A stretch of DNA of 64,000 nucleotides from Trypanosoma brucei (taxonomy: Eukaryota), in the NCBI GenBank assembly GCA_000002445.1, contig CH464491.1:4160001-4224000 (forward strand), in the 5' to 3' direction. Under the pieces are notes generated by a model. It worked only from the letters and a program-made list of their open reading frames with translations. It had not been told where the DNA came from and did not search any database. Below, piece after piece: positions 12,083 to 23,626 of the stretch; position 1 is the first letter of the stretch; each line of letters starts with the position of its first letter. The position numbers and the translations under genes are program-made.

Positions 12083-13585
12083 TCACATCACCGAACAGCA
12101 TTTAGACGCTGCGCATTTATTCGTGTGCGGTTCCCTGGTCCGCGGGTTGAATCCTCCACCGGGGGAAGCAAAATTGCAGCTGGGTCTTGCCTTCTTAGCG
12201 TCTGATGCGCGTGTTTGAGGTCCTTCTTCTGTCACTTGAAATGGTTCAGAAAAACAACAAACAGCAGTCGGCTCTGCTATCGTTGAATTCACCACAACAG
12301 GTATCACTAGTACACCGCCCTCAGACGCATTATCAATGAGACAACCGGAGCTGCATAGTGTCTGGTGGACGCCACTTCCTGATACCTCAACCGCGCTTCG
12401 GCTCCCACGCGCCTGCAGTGTTGTAGGTTTAGGATCGGGTTTCTGCACAAAATCTGTCACAGGCGCTCTATCTATCAGTTTACTTTCACCCGAACCCTTG
12501 CACCGCCCTTCCGCCCCCATTGGGGACTGCGCGACAGGGGTTAACATCCTCTTCTTGTCGCTCACGCCGTTGTGCGCTTCGTGTTTCACCGTGGTGCTTG
12601 AGCCATTACACGGAGCACACCCCACCTGACTAGTATAAACAGCAGTACATTTTTTAGAGATTGGAGACACCGGGGCTCTCGTCACCTTTCCACGGGCCTG
12701 CGACACCCTACGTCTATCACCTTCCACAGACGCGTCCTTATGCTGAAACCTCTCCCGATGCGACTGCTGCCGTTGTTGGTTGTGACTATGATCTCCTAAA
12801 CCCACAAGACTCCGTACCTGCCCCGCGCGCACCTCCTGCTCCCTCTGCGAGCCGGCAGTTGATGCATATCTTAGTCTAACTTTACTATTCCTTGTAACAG
12901 AAACTACACTGTCGATTCCCTCCCGCCTATGATTTTGTGAGAGTTGCCTGGTATTTGGGGCCCCCATCCGCTCGTCCCTGTGGTGTTTCTCACCCGAAAT
13001 CCTTCCCTTATGTCGCAGCGTTGCCCGGCGGCTCCCCCTTCTAAGAGCGGGAGAGAATGAGTCATCTGCAGTAAACTTCTTTGGCGACGACTCATCACTT
13101 GGGTACGACAGGTCGAGCCAAATTGATGTCTTCTGCACCGCAGTATGTGAAGAGGACGACTCGGACACCCCGTCGTCCTCGGCCTGCAATGCACGCCAGT
13201 ACTCCTCACTCCAATATTCCTCATCTGCCGTCACATGCCGGCCCCGCTGCAACTCCTCAGCGATGGCATCCAAACCTTCACGCTCCGGCGCGCACAGAAA
13301 TGCACAAAAGGGGTTCGATGATGACACACATCTGTGAAAGTGGTCCGCACATGGAGCCACCTCTATAGCCAAAGTGATCGTGGGCAACGTGCCATGCAGC
13401 AGGGAAGTGCGGTTCCCCGACACAATATCATCAATGAGTGGGGTCAAATCGTCGGGTGGGCGATAGATGACTTGAGGGTCTGATAATCTGAAGTCACGCA
13501 AGAATGGGACAGTGGTGAACACGTTGCCATCAGGCTGTACGTCATCACCTGGGTAGTAGGCCACCGCGGCGTGACGTTGGGACAT
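12083..13585 (-). CDS. Hypothetical protein with Ser/Arg/Gln-rich low-complexity C-terminal half
   Basis: 500-aa ORF, co-directional with neighbours. No recognisable catalytic motif. Confidence 0.6.
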   Translation of the reverse strand: MSQRHAAVAYYPGDDVQPDGNVFTTVPFLRDFRLSDPQVIYRPPDDLTPLIDDIVSGNRTSLLHGTLPTITLAIEVAPCADHFHRCVSSSNPFCAFLCAPEREGLDAIAEELQRGRHVTADEEYWSEEYWRALQAEDDGVSESSSSHTAVQKTSIWLDLSYPSDESSPKKFTADDSFSPALRRGSRRATLRHKGRISGEKHHRDERMGAPNTRQLSQNHRREGIDSVVSVTRNSKVRLRYASTAGSQREQEVRAGQVRSLVGLGDHSHNQQRQQSHRERFQHKDASVEGDRRRVSQARGKVTRAPVSPISKKCTAVYTSQVGCAPCNGSSTTVKHEAHNGVSDKKRMLTPVAQSPMGAEGRCKGSGESKLIDRAPVTDFVQKPDPKPTTLQARGSRSAVEVSGSGVHQTLCSSGCLIDNASEGGVLVIPVVVNSTIAEPTAVCCFSEPFQVTEEGPQTRASDAKKARPSCNFASPGGGFNPRTREPHTNKCAASKCCSVM

Positions 13586-14098
13586 GAACGACTCTCAGTC
13601 CACCGCATGCGATGCCGCGGCGACACCGGGTAAACTACAACAAGTAGGGCAGAATAAAACACGCCCCAGCGAACAGAGGCCTAGTCACTAAATGGATGTC
13701 AGAAATCAAAAAGCAATGAAGGAAGAGAGAACAAAAAAGAAAATTTACGTACTTCGTAAGTCAGCACACGTGAAGACGCAGAAAAGGTTCCCGCTTGCCT
13801 GCTAATAGGCGAATGCCGGTGGTTCGTTGAGGTACCGAGAGCCTGATGCTTCAGCACAGCTTATACGGTACAACCGGCTCACTTTTTGAGAATCCCTCCC
13901 CATGTTCATCCGGTTCATCCGCCGAAGTCACTTCCCCACTTGATTCAAATCTCTCATATCCGTTTATTTCCTGTCTTGTCCACCACCTCCCGCACAGCAC
14001 CTTCGGCATTCCCACTCACACACTCTTATGGTCAGCTGTTTTTCTATTAACTTCTCCCTCTACCTCCACAAACCCAGTGATGTCGGACCAAACCGGCA

Positions 14099-17000
14099 TC
14101 ATTTCCTCACCCTGTCATGATACTCACATGGTCTCACACGCCCGCACGGCTTCTTGCTACGTTTCAAAATTGCCTCACAGTACAGCTGCTCGCGCTGCGT
14201 TGCTGAACCGACGGAAAACGTCACGGTTTCTGCCACTGCCGCAGAACCACTGGTAGCGGGTGCCTGTGTGAGCAACGAACCATCCAACGTGCTGATGCTG
14301 TCATTCCCCAAATGCGCGCCCGAAACTGGGCTTAAACACTCGGGTGCTCGCTCCTGCCCATGTGAAACCACGTTCGTCTCTTGAGTCTCCGCAACTGACA
14401 CGGAAGACGCTGGGACAGCATTGGCGCTGCTTCGGCTCTGCGAGTTGCCGAAGACTATGATATCAAGAGGCCTTCCCTCGTGTCGTAATGCAGAGATTCG
14501 CGAAGCGGCACGGGCGACATCCTCTTCTAACTGCTGCTCCTCGTTTTGAAGAGGACAGATGCTCAATGTAGCTGTGTGGGGCGGGGCGAAAGCAGCTTTT
14601 GTACTCAGTACAACAGAACCTGCCTGTCCCCCAACAGCTGAAAACATTTCGTCACATCGCCCCTCCATGGAGGGGCGATGTGAGTACGAAACATTACCAT
14701 TTGGCATCAGGCTACGTAGATGCGAAGCGACGACCTGTAGCTTCTGGGCATCTACTGAGCAGTTGGCCGTTATACGCTCACATACCTGCAAAGCATCCGC
14801 ATATCGCTGCATGAGAATGTAAAAATCCAGGCGAAGCACATCTGCGGCGGCGGGATCGGGGAAGCGTCGGAGAACGGTTTCTACAATTTCTTCCTCCGGC
14901 GACTGGGGCTTGATGAGGCCGCTGAATATTTTAATATCAGCTGTTTGCAGCGCCGCCCACGCCAACACGCGCGTTGCAACGCAGTGCCATGGCGTTCCGT
15001 CAGATCTACGGAACAATGTTTCCAGTACCGCAGTGCTCCCGCGCTTGTAGGCCAGGTAAAGAAGTTTCACCGCAACCGACGAAGGCAGTGTCCCCACAGT
15101 GGTGATTGCCAAAGTGCTGCCAATTAGGTGAAACACACTTTCGTATGCTCCACTGTGTGTGAGGCCGCTAAGAATGCCAGGAATTATGTCGAGAAACGGC
15201 GGGGAACCGATCTCGCGTGCAGGCAAGGTAGGGCAAATGCAGTGATCCGCTGCGTAGGCTAAGTAGGCCCATGAATCCACTGAAGCCGGAAGGCAAAAGG
15301 TACTGAGAAATTGCACTCGTGCAGACCTCTTTTCGTAGTCGTGGTAACAATGTGGTCCCGTAAAGGTGCAGTACAACACGAGAAGAGCTATTTCTGGTTT
15401 CAGCGACGCCACCTGTTGGACGATACTTCGCAACGGAGCACCATCTGTACAGTTTACGTGTGAAAGAATGGCGTCGATGCACATGGACGGTGCCGAACCT
15501 TCAGAACCCCATAATTTCAACGCTTCCATCGAAGAAGCGGGCTCAAGTAAGTCAAATTCCTGCTGAAATTGTTTGCGCAACTCAGTTTGTAACGTACACA
15601 CTTGTTGACGTATACTGTCCAAGCCTAGCACCTCGCGAAGAGGTACATCAAGGCACTCCTGAGCTCCAACAGTGTGAAGAAACTGATACACAGAGAGTCG
15701 AATATACACAATGTGAAGCCTCCGAATCAGGTGCATGGAAATACTCTGGTACGACATCAAGTCCCTGTTCAGCTCCCGTTCGCGGTGCAGTGTGGCAACC
15801 ATACAGTGTTGTAGGTCCAGTAGCTTCCTAATAGCGCTCTCCACGGAATGTTGATCGCGTACTACAGCAGCCTCGGTCTCCAACTCCCGAACTAGCGACT
15901 CACACTCTTCCCGCAATCCAGCAAGTTGAGTAGGCGCAGCGCAAACCACCTGATGGCAAAGTTGCTTGTTATTCAAGTCCCCGAAGATAAGCACACTGGC
16001 ATTCTGTCGCAGGGATATTATGTTCAGCGAAGAGCTTCCCAGCTCGTTCTGCACGAGCAACTCATAGGCTCGCTGCCTGAAGGCTAAATCATGTATGTGA
16101 CCACTCCACACGAAAACGCTATGGGACCACCCACCAACTGTAGGCAGTGTGCCCGGACCGCCTGAGCTGTGTAGTGGCAACGAACTAAAGTTCACTGATA
16201 CTGGCGTTTGCACAGCAAGGTGAATGCCGTACGCACGGCTTTCGCCAGCAAGGAAAATTCTTCCCACGTCCTCTGATCCAGCGGGTACCGACAGTTGCTC
16301 GTCAAGCAGCCGCACAGGCGTTACAGAACAGTCAGCCACCTCCTCATCTACCGCCATCATTGCCCCACCGCGCACGTTAGGGGGAAACCAGTAGGCACAC
16401 AGCGAGTAATCATCGCACATCACCCACAAGGCGGACCCTCCGGCGAAGGCAGCGTGAGTCGGGGTTGCAGAGGACGACACTCGTAGCAAGTGAGTAATGC
16501 GGCACAGAATAGAACGGTCACTGGACTCATACAGTTCAGCAACAGCAACACAGCCGTCATCCAAAAGGACAATCAGTTCCGCCGTTGTACGCCCACTAAG
16601 GATTCGCACTGGACACGTGTTACCAAAATCGTATAGAATCCGCACGTGGCACCCTCCCTGGCCACGCGTACAGCTGAACAACTCGCCGGTGCCAAGAATG
16701 TAAAGGGCCACATCACAAAATCCGTTCCGGATGCACACAACACTGTGCCGTCTCACCTTCGGCTTCCTCTTCATGCGAGGTAATTCATGCACCTTCACCT
16801 GTGGACCAGATACAAACGTGACGGTTGTCCTCTGCCCCTTATCCGGCTCGTGAGTAGCGCAGCAAACCAAGACATCACTCGAATTCGTGGCGGCGTCGAT
16901 ACCCCCATCGGGGACGTCCGGCAGTTTTGCCTGAGCAAGCAGAACTCCGGTATCAGAAAAAACTCGAGCCTCGGATACGCAACTGCCACTTGAGTTACCA

Positions 17001-17104
17001 ACGCTTTTGTACCCCCGTCTCCCTGTAGATACCGTCAGTACCTTACCGGCATCAAAAGAAGCCCAATCAACTGCCGCTGTCGTTATACGCCGCACCTCCG
17101 CCAT
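14099..17104 (-). CDS. Hypothetical 1001-aa protein. Probable N-terminal beta-propeller plus C-terminal alpha-solenoid.
   Basis: Long ORF. N-terminal half has short beta-strand-like segments with G/W/D periodicity; C-terminal half is helical with Leu-rich repeats. Fold inference only. Confidence 0.65.
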   Translation of the reverse strand: MAEVRRITTAAVDWASFDAGKVLTVSTGRRGYKSVGNSSGSCVSEARVFSDTGVLLAQAKLPDVPDGGIDAATNSSDVLVCCATHEPDKGQRTTVTFVSGPQVKVHELPRMKRKPKVRRHSVVCIRNGFCDVALYILGTGELFSCTRGQGGCHVRILYDFGNTCPVRILSGRTTAELIVLLDDGCVAVAELYESSDRSILCRITHLLRVSSSATPTHAAFAGGSALWVMCDDYSLCAYWFPPNVRGGAMMAVDEEVADCSVTPVRLLDEQLSVPAGSEDVGRIFLAGESRAYGIHLAVQTPVSVNFSSLPLHSSGGPGTLPTVGGWSHSVFVWSGHIHDLAFRQRAYELLVQNELGSSSLNIISLRQNASVLIFGDLNNKQLCHQVVCAAPTQLAGLREECESLVRELETEAAVVRDQHSVESAIRKLLDLQHCMVATLHRERELNRDLMSYQSISMHLIRRLHIVYIRLSVYQFLHTVGAQECLDVPLREVLGLDSIRQQVCTLQTELRKQFQQEFDLLEPASSMEALKLWGSEGSAPSMCIDAILSHVNCTDGAPLRSIVQQVASLKPEIALLVLYCTFTGPHCYHDYEKRSARVQFLSTFCLPASVDSWAYLAYAADHCICPTLPAREIGSPPFLDIIPGILSGLTHSGAYESVFHLIGSTLAITTVGTLPSSVAVKLLYLAYKRGSTAVLETLFRRSDGTPWHCVATRVLAWAALQTADIKIFSGLIKPQSPEEEIVETVLRRFPDPAAADVLRLDFYILMQRYADALQVCERITANCSVDAQKLQVVASHLRSLMPNGNVSYSHRPSMEGRCDEMFSAVGGQAGSVVLSTKAAFAPPHTATLSICPLQNEEQQLEEDVARAASRISALRHEGRPLDIIVFGNSQSRSSANAVPASSVSVAETQETNVVSHGQERAPECLSPVSGAHLGNDSISTLDGSLLTQAPATSGSAAVAETVTFSVGSATQREQLYCEAILKRSKKPCGRVRPCEYHDRVRK

Positions 17105-17875
17105 ATGAAAGAGTAAAAAAGGGAGGGGATGTTATGACGAGAGAAAAGTATCTCAAGCCGAGTTACTTGCCTCCTGCACACGTAACCCCCTCGCTTCTCT
17201 ATTATTGATTTCCTCTTCCGTTCTTACCCTTCCCACTGCACACTTCCCCGTTCCTCCTCCTGCTTTTCCTCTCTGCTATTATTCCTCTTTTGGATGTTTA
17301 CCTTCTCCTCCTCGTACTTCTGTATTTTCGTGCACTCCGTGAAAGTGTGCACACTCCTCGTTCCTTTGCTCTTCGGTGGAGTCCTACACTTTGAAAAAAA
17401 ATAAATAAAGGTCTTTTGTCAATCCCGAACCCCGTTCGCTCCTTTCTTCTTCCTGTTGTCTTTTCCGGAACGGCACCCCTTTCTGAGAGTGACCGGAGGG
17501 CGAGTTGAGCTAGTTACAATAGGCCTCCACCTTCCTTTGTGTATGTTTATGGATATGCGAGTGAGTGAGGGTGCCTGCTTCTTTTTTCTCCCCTTTTTTT
17601 TTCTGTTAGTCTGCTTCCACTCGCGCAAACTCCTAATATTTATACCCCTTGCGCCGCTAAGAGATAATGAGGTCGTGAGTTGAGAATAGGGATCAAGAAG
17701 GTAAACGAAAATCAAAAAGTCACGCACAGAGTTTTTGGTTGGGTGGAACAGGAGCGGTAACCACCGTCTGCATGAAAAGTGTCTTAACGCCACCGCACAG
17801 AAGAACACACAAAAATGCATAAACGTAGTTGTTGCTGCTGTTGTGCCTCTAAATGCAAATTTCAGGCGACCCAAC

Positions 17876-18991
17876 CTATACAGTTTCCGTATTATCGGGA
17901 TCCCTTTTGGAGCAAGATTTCCAAGCTTCAGTTAAGTAAATAAATAAATGTCCGCACAGTTGGGCATCTTGTAAAGCATCGTGTCGGTCCTCCCTTCCAG
18001 CAGCGTCAATGCCAGCCAAGCTACATGCTTTGGTTAAATTCGTAGGACATTCCGGATACAACGCACGGAACATTGACATCGTGCAGGTAAGAGGTGATTG
18101 CTTGTCCCACACCACTTCCCAACCATTGCGAAGTGCACTTTGGTACAGGAAGTTCCTATCGAAGGCAGCATTATGGGCTATAACAGGCGGGAATACAAGT
18201 GTCCTGTTGTTGCGACATGACGATTGGAGCGCCGTGAGGAAACCACCAACCTTTGCAGCACATCCTTCAACCTGGAAAGAGGGTCTGCTTACGCTGACGG
18301 TCGCAGCAGCTCCACCACTGCTGAGAGGTACACGCTCAACATTATTAGTACCGCCAGGACCTTTGTAATGGATATCTCCCGCTGCTGTCGATGTGGACCC
18401 GCTCCGAACATCGGACAAGAACGCGGCTAAATCTGGAAGGATGGCTGCAAAAGGTGGTTGGCGTTCAAGCACCTTTGATGTCAATTTGTGCACCCTGTAA
18501 GCAGAAGAAGAAACTTTTTTAGTTGGCTTCACTAAGCGGTGGAATGAACGGCCGCTCAACTCCCACTGGTTGTGACCAGCCGCACCGAAGAGCAACTCAA
18601 CGACCGCGATAGAAATTATCTCGTCTTTCGTGGGTGCAATGCCAGTTGTTTCAACGTCAATGCACACCGCAGAGAGGGGCTGGAGACGTTTAGAAGAAAG
18701 CACACTGCGCTCAACTATTGTTGGCGGCGCGGAAGAAGGAGGTGCATGTGGGGCACCAAGCAGTAACGAAACTCCCATTGCAGATGTCTGCACAGCATCT
18801 GAAGGATGAGCGGTCGTGTTTTCTCTCCGCTGTTTTTTTTGAACCTGCTCCCCGTCACACGGCCCGTCCCAACCGCTTAAAGCTTCGCTCCAGGAAGAAG
18901 GAAGGGAGTCAGGCAAGTCACTATCCATTGCCTCTGTGGAGCTCTTTTCGGAATGTCCGTGTTTATTGGCACTCATTTGGCTTCTCTCCAC
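17876..18991 (-). CDS. DEDDh-family 3'-5' exonuclease (DnaQ/RNase T-like fold)
   Basis: Exo I CIDVETTG, Exo II IAHNAAFD, Exo III HDALQDAQ (H-x4-D) in the correct order. N-terminal 90 aa low complexity. Confidence 0.8.
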   Translation of the reverse strand: MERSQMSANKHGHSEKSSTEAMDSDLPDSLPSSWSEALSGWDGPCDGEQVQKKQRRENTTAHPSDAVQTSAMGVSLLLGAPHAPPSSAPPTIVERSVLSSKRLQPLSAVCIDVETTGIAPTKDEIISIAVVELLFGAAGHNQWELSGRSFHRLVKPTKKVSSSAYRVHKLTSKVLERQPPFAAILPDLAAFLSDVRSGSTSTAAGDIHYKGPGGTNNVERVPLSSGGAAATVSVSRPSFQVEGCAAKVGGFLTALQSSCRNNRTLVFPPVIAHNAAFDRNFLYQSALRNGWEVVWDKQSPLTCTMSMFRALYPECPTNLTKACSLAGIDAAGREDRHDALQDAQLCGHLFIYLTEAWKSCSKRDPDNTETV

Positions 18992-19942
18992 AAGACTAGT
19001 GTATTATCAAGAAGTCGATAGTAAGACAATGATAAGGGGAACAAAAAAAAAAGAGATAAGAGTGAAATGTCGTACGAGTGAGTTTGCAAAAGAAAAAAAA
19101 AGAAATGTAACCACTCACCAGGTGCGTATAACTTGGTGCCCTTAGACACCAACGCAAATCGCACGCACGGAGACGATTCGGCGTGTTGCCGCAACAATAC
19201 CTGAGCTATCAAAATTTCGAACCCCGATGCAATTTTCATTGGAGTTTCTGTCGCTCACTTCCTTTTTGTGCCGACTTCCCTTCCTCCTCCCTTCATGTTG
19301 TTCTCCTCCTTCATCTGAAAAGGGGGAAAATCTCAAAATCATCGCCCCCCCCCCAGAAAAAATAAAACGACGAAACAAAATGAGGAAGACAGGACACCAC
19401 ACCACTTCTCACGACCTTTGACCGTCGGCCCTTTCCGACCGCTCGAAATACAGCACATGTTAATTCTTGGTATTCCGTGTAAAATGCCGCCGTCAAGCAA
19501 CACTGCAGAAACGCACACCCCCCTTGCCTTCCGCACACGTGCAAAAAAAAAAAAACTCTCCACACAATGGCGACTACAAGATGTGTCGACCACACCCCCT
19601 TATTCACACCATCTTTCTTTTGCCCTCGAAGAGCTGAAGCACCGTCCGAACTTGACCAACGTTCACTTACACCGACAATTTACGGTCACATTTGCCTCCT
19701 CCAACACGTTTTCCTTCCTTCCTTCATTGTTTTTTATGGGTGATCCACAATGCGGAAATACATCTCATTTTTGTTTTTTCTTTTCACTTTGCACCACAAC
19801 AAATTGCACAAACTTAATACTCGCCGAAGCTTTCCCCCTCAGAAAAGCAAGACCCCATCCCCGCTGCGACGCGCAGACGCAAATTAAGTACCCAAGTTTA
19901 CCAAAACCAACCACCTGACAGCGCAACCAATTAAACCATTAT

Positions 19943-22900
19943 TTATCGCACATCACTAAAAAAGCCCATGAGTTGGGCCTCTAAAAGACGCGCGCTGTGT
20001 CCACATATCCCTACGACTGCCATCCACTGCACAGCCTTCTGAGACGAGAATAAAAGTGTCATAATTCCAACGAGAACAAAGGCGACTGCTGGCCTAACCG
20101 AAACCCGTGCGGCTTTTTTGGAAGCATACACCAACGTCAGCAGTGAAATATGTGAAGGTGCCAAAGGAAGAGCACATAACACCTCCCGCAACACGGCAGC
20201 AACGCTGGAAGTTCGGGATCCTCCAGCTCTGTACGCATCGTGAATAAGACACCCCCAAAGCAGACCCAGTGCGTAAGCAAGCGGAGGGAAGTAGCGGTAG
20301 TTTTCTCGATCCAGTTCCAGGAACAATGTGTCGTCTTTCACCAGCAGAAGCAGTAGAAGCGATGTTACAACATGCAGTCCTGGTTCATAGTCATGATTCC
20401 ACATGTTCAGGACTGTCAAGCAGGTAACAGACAGAATGACGTTATAATTAACAACGACGCCTATATGCTCCATCAGCTCAGACGTTATGGGTACTGCGCC
20501 TGGCAACAGGGCCTCACCACCCAGGCGAAATCTCAATAATATAGCTGTGAAAAGACCTGTCACACTTACTACCGACAACAACCGCCGAAGGCCAACCACG
20601 TGCGTCTCCCAGATCAACAACACGTCACTGGTGTCGCTCTCCTCCATGCCGCCGCGGCCCATCAACGCAACAGAAAAAACAGCGAAACACACAGCAACAG
20701 TGCTTAACATCCATAAATACTGCATCCTCTTCTCTCGGTAATGTGCAACGTCAAGCGTAACAAATGTGAAATACACAAAAACGCCCAATGAAATGAGCAA
20801 CAGTACGCTAGGTGTCGGTAGAAGGTAAGTTCCAAGACCAGCCACCAGGAAAAAGGTTGCGACAAACCAGTATATGACGGAAATTGCCATGGGTAGGGAT
20901 GCCATCGGTAGATATCGACCCGCTGCAACAAGCAACATGCCGGCAAGCACGCACTGCTTGCTATAGCCTAGCTCCTCGGTTCCAAATTCTTCCTCATCTT
21001 TGGCGCTTTCTAGGTGAATAGCTTGCGAGGCGAGAACAATGATACCCAAGCCTAAAGCACCACGTGCAACAGAATTCAGGTGCCGCATTATCGGCCCCAC
21101 CCCAAGGTGACGTGCTGAGAAAGGGTATGTCAGAGCGCCAAAAACGATGCAGGACATACCTACAAACACATAAGCGGCCTCCCCTTCGGTGATTTGGCTC
21201 TTCGTGAGAAACTCGTACGTCGCACGCTGAAAATTCCGTACGGTAGACGCCACCATTAGCATGGCACTGAAGGCAAATAACACCACGGTAGCGACGATGG
21301 TTTTGTTGCCCATCTGCGATACTTTCTCTAGTTCAAAAAGCATGGCAACAAAACCACAGAGCAGTGCAGCCCACCACATTGTGGTGATCTCGACAGCAAA
21401 TAATGGCCCCGACGATTCCATCTCTGCGTCCTCCACGTAGTAAGAGCCTGTAACCTCCACCAAGAATTTAAAGAGTTTTGCAATATACGATGACGCCACC
21501 AGGGAGGCCCCTGCAGCGCCAAGCACACCGTTCCTGTGCAACCGTGAAACCAACAGCACACCAACAACACTCGTAAATAACACGAGAACAGCGGGATACA
21601 CGCCGTCCTCTTTCTGAGAGTAGAGAATGTGCTCCACCACAACAACATTTAATGACTGAAGAAAAAGCGTTAATGCATACAAAAACTTGAAGCCTGTGAA
21701 CGCGTGGGGGAATGACATGCAGCCTACGAAGTAGCTCGATAGTATGTTACCGGCCAAAGCAGGACTCGGAATCGTTCTTGATTCGCCAAATACATGCAGT
21801 CTGAGAATCACAAAAGAAAACGTCCGAGACATCCACCAGGCGAGGAGCAGGCTCGAAAAAAAGGCAAAGATGAACATAAGCCCTGCGTTACCGCGATCAA
21901 TGAGAAATAGGTTAAAGCTGCACAGGCAAATAACGAGGTTGAACATGAGAGGTCCCGGGAGCCCCACAACGAATCCTACAAATACGGCTGATACCGCCGC
22001 CGCCACAATGGCTACCATACGCTCTTTCATGTGACGGTCCGTCAGGACGCTCCGTCCCTCCTTATCCGCATCAAGTAGTTTTTTAGTCATATAAGCAGCC
22101 AAAAGTGCAGCGTACAGTGCAACAGATAGAAGAATACCATTGATCGGCGGAGCCACACCGTCGAACAGAAACCTGTATCGTGAGTTGAGTAGCCGATAAA
22201 CACACCAATTGGGTAAAATCAGCGCACCAAGAGCGTACATACAACTCCTATACCGGTATATAGTTACACACAGACCGAAAGAATCGTGCGCAAAGAACTC
22301 ACGTGAATTTTGCTTGTTGGACAGGAGGAACCATAGGCTACGCTCCGGTTTCCAAAAGAGGTACAGAATCTGTACGCAGACCATGCCAACAACGTTAACG
22401 ATGTTCGACAGCCATGCTTCGTACAGGTCCCTCTGGAATGCCACGTAGAGAGTGGCCGGTAGCACTAACAAAAGAACTGTGAAGACAACTGCTTCAGGTT
22501 TTCCGTTAATCTGCATCCAACTTTCCCCAGCCTCCTCCCCAACACCAGCAATACCACTACTCCGGTTACCGTCGTCATCCGCTTTGCCGCGCCTTTTTGG
22601 TGACTGACCAAGGTCTGCTTGTTCCCCTCGGGTCACACGACGCCTCAAGACAAAACTACTCTCCAGTGGACGATAGAAATAGCAATGAATAGCGCACATG
22701 CTCAGCAAGAACCACGCGGGGGCGTGACGCGAACCGACAAAGGCTGTGGTGCTGGACAACAGTGAAGGCAGTACCAACATTGGGGTAACGCCCAAGACAC
22801 TACGCTCCATCAAACACACAAGTTCCGGGTATCCAACCTGCAACCAATGAAAGTGAAGGAACGCGGCCATAGCGGTGGTTGTTAGCAACCCCTGCACAGT

Positions 22901-23626
22901 TAATATCATACAGAGGGGGCCTAAAAACGTAATTGATGCTCGCAGGTTAGACAGGAATAGCGCAAAGCCGAAACAGAGGGTGGTGGCAATTATGGCAAAC
23001 ACACCTCCAAGACGGTATCCAGCGTAATCCACCACATACGTCACAATGCATCCTGTGAGAAGAACCGCAAACGCGAATGATGACATCAACGGAATAGCAC
23101 CAAAAAGACCTACAGCCAAAAGCAGAGAGACCGGCAGTACGTACTTCGGTGACCCCGTGTGAAACTCCAACTCTTCCGAGGGAAATTCGGCCCTTTCCGG
23201 ACCGCGGAATTCCCCAGGGAGGGAACTGCATCCCGATCCTGTAGCCTGTTCCATCGCCACCCGCCGTGCTTGCTCACTTTTCCAGAAATCTGCTGAGGCC
23301 CGAATGGCCGCGTTAGCGTACCCCTCACGACCTGCGTAGGCGGCACCTTGCGGTTCACTGGGGAGTCCCGTATTGAATCCAACTTGAGATGGTGGCACGC
23401 CTGCAGCAGACACAGGTGCGGTAGCAACAGCGGGAGTTGCGGTTGCCCAGAGGGGCCTAGTTCCTCCATGAAATTGGAGGCCGCTGTCGGGAATACCACC
23501 GCCGCCACTGCTTGAATGACCGGGTGGAGGCGGAAATGCAGGAAGTAACGGTTGTGCCCCCTCACGAAGATCAGTGGGGTTCATAGTTGTTGCTCGTTTT
23601 CTGCCCTCACTCGTATATCTGCGCAC
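19943..23626 (-). CDS. Very large polytopic membrane protein (about 30 predicted TM helices), hypothetical
   Basis: 1227-aa ORF. Pro/Gly/Ala-rich N-terminal 150 aa followed by continuous hydrophobic helices. Start may be the downstream Met (MNPTD...). Confidence 0.75.
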   Translation of the reverse strand: MRRYTSEGRKRATTMNPTDLREGAQPLLPAFPPPPGHSSSGGGGIPDSGLQFHGGTRPLWATATPAVATAPVSAAGVPPSQVGFNTGLPSEPQGAAYAGREGYANAAIRASADFWKSEQARRVAMEQATGSGCSSLPGEFRGPERAEFPSEELEFHTGSPKYVLPVSLLLAVGLFGAIPLMSSFAFAVLLTGCIVTYVVDYAGYRLGGVFAIIATTLCFGFALFLSNLRASITFLGPLCMILTVQGLLTTTAMAAFLHFHWLQVGYPELVCLMERSVLGVTPMLVLPSLLSSTTAFVGSRHAPAWFLLSMCAIHCYFYRPLESSFVLRRRVTRGEQADLGQSPKRRGKADDDGNRSSGIAGVGEEAGESWMQINGKPEAVVFTVLLLVLPATLYVAFQRDLYEAWLSNIVNVVGMVCVQILYLFWKPERSLWFLLSNKQNSREFFAHDSFGLCVTIYRYRSCMYALGALILPNWCVYRLLNSRYRFLFDGVAPPINGILLSVALYAALLAAYMTKKLLDADKEGRSVLTDRHMKERMVAIVAAAVSAVFVGFVVGLPGPLMFNLVICLCSFNLFLIDRGNAGLMFIFAFFSSLLLAWWMSRTFSFVILRLHVFGESRTIPSPALAGNILSSYFVGCMSFPHAFTGFKFLYALTLFLQSLNVVVVEHILYSQKEDGVYPAVLVLFTSVVGVLLVSRLHRNGVLGAAGASLVASSYIAKLFKFLVEVTGSYYVEDAEMESSGPLFAVEITTMWWAALLCGFVAMLFELEKVSQMGNKTIVATVVLFAFSAMLMVASTVRNFQRATYEFLTKSQITEGEAAYVFVGMSCIVFGALTYPFSARHLGVGPIMRHLNSVARGALGLGIIVLASQAIHLESAKDEEEFGTEELGYSKQCVLAGMLLVAAGRYLPMASLPMAISVIYWFVATFFLVAGLGTYLLPTPSVLLLISLGVFVYFTFVTLDVAHYREKRMQYLWMLSTVAVCFAVFSVALMGRGGMEESDTSDVLLIWETHVVGLRRLLSVVSVTGLFTAILLRFRLGGEALLPGAVPITSELMEHIGVVVNYNVILSVTCLTVLNMWNHDYEPGLHVVTSLLLLLLVKDDTLFLELDRENYRYFPPLAYALGLLWGCLIHDAYRAGGSRTSSVAAVLREVLCALPLAPSHISLLTLVYASKKAARVSVRPAVAFVLVGIMTLLFSSQKAVQWMAVVGICGHSARLLEAQLMGFFSDVR

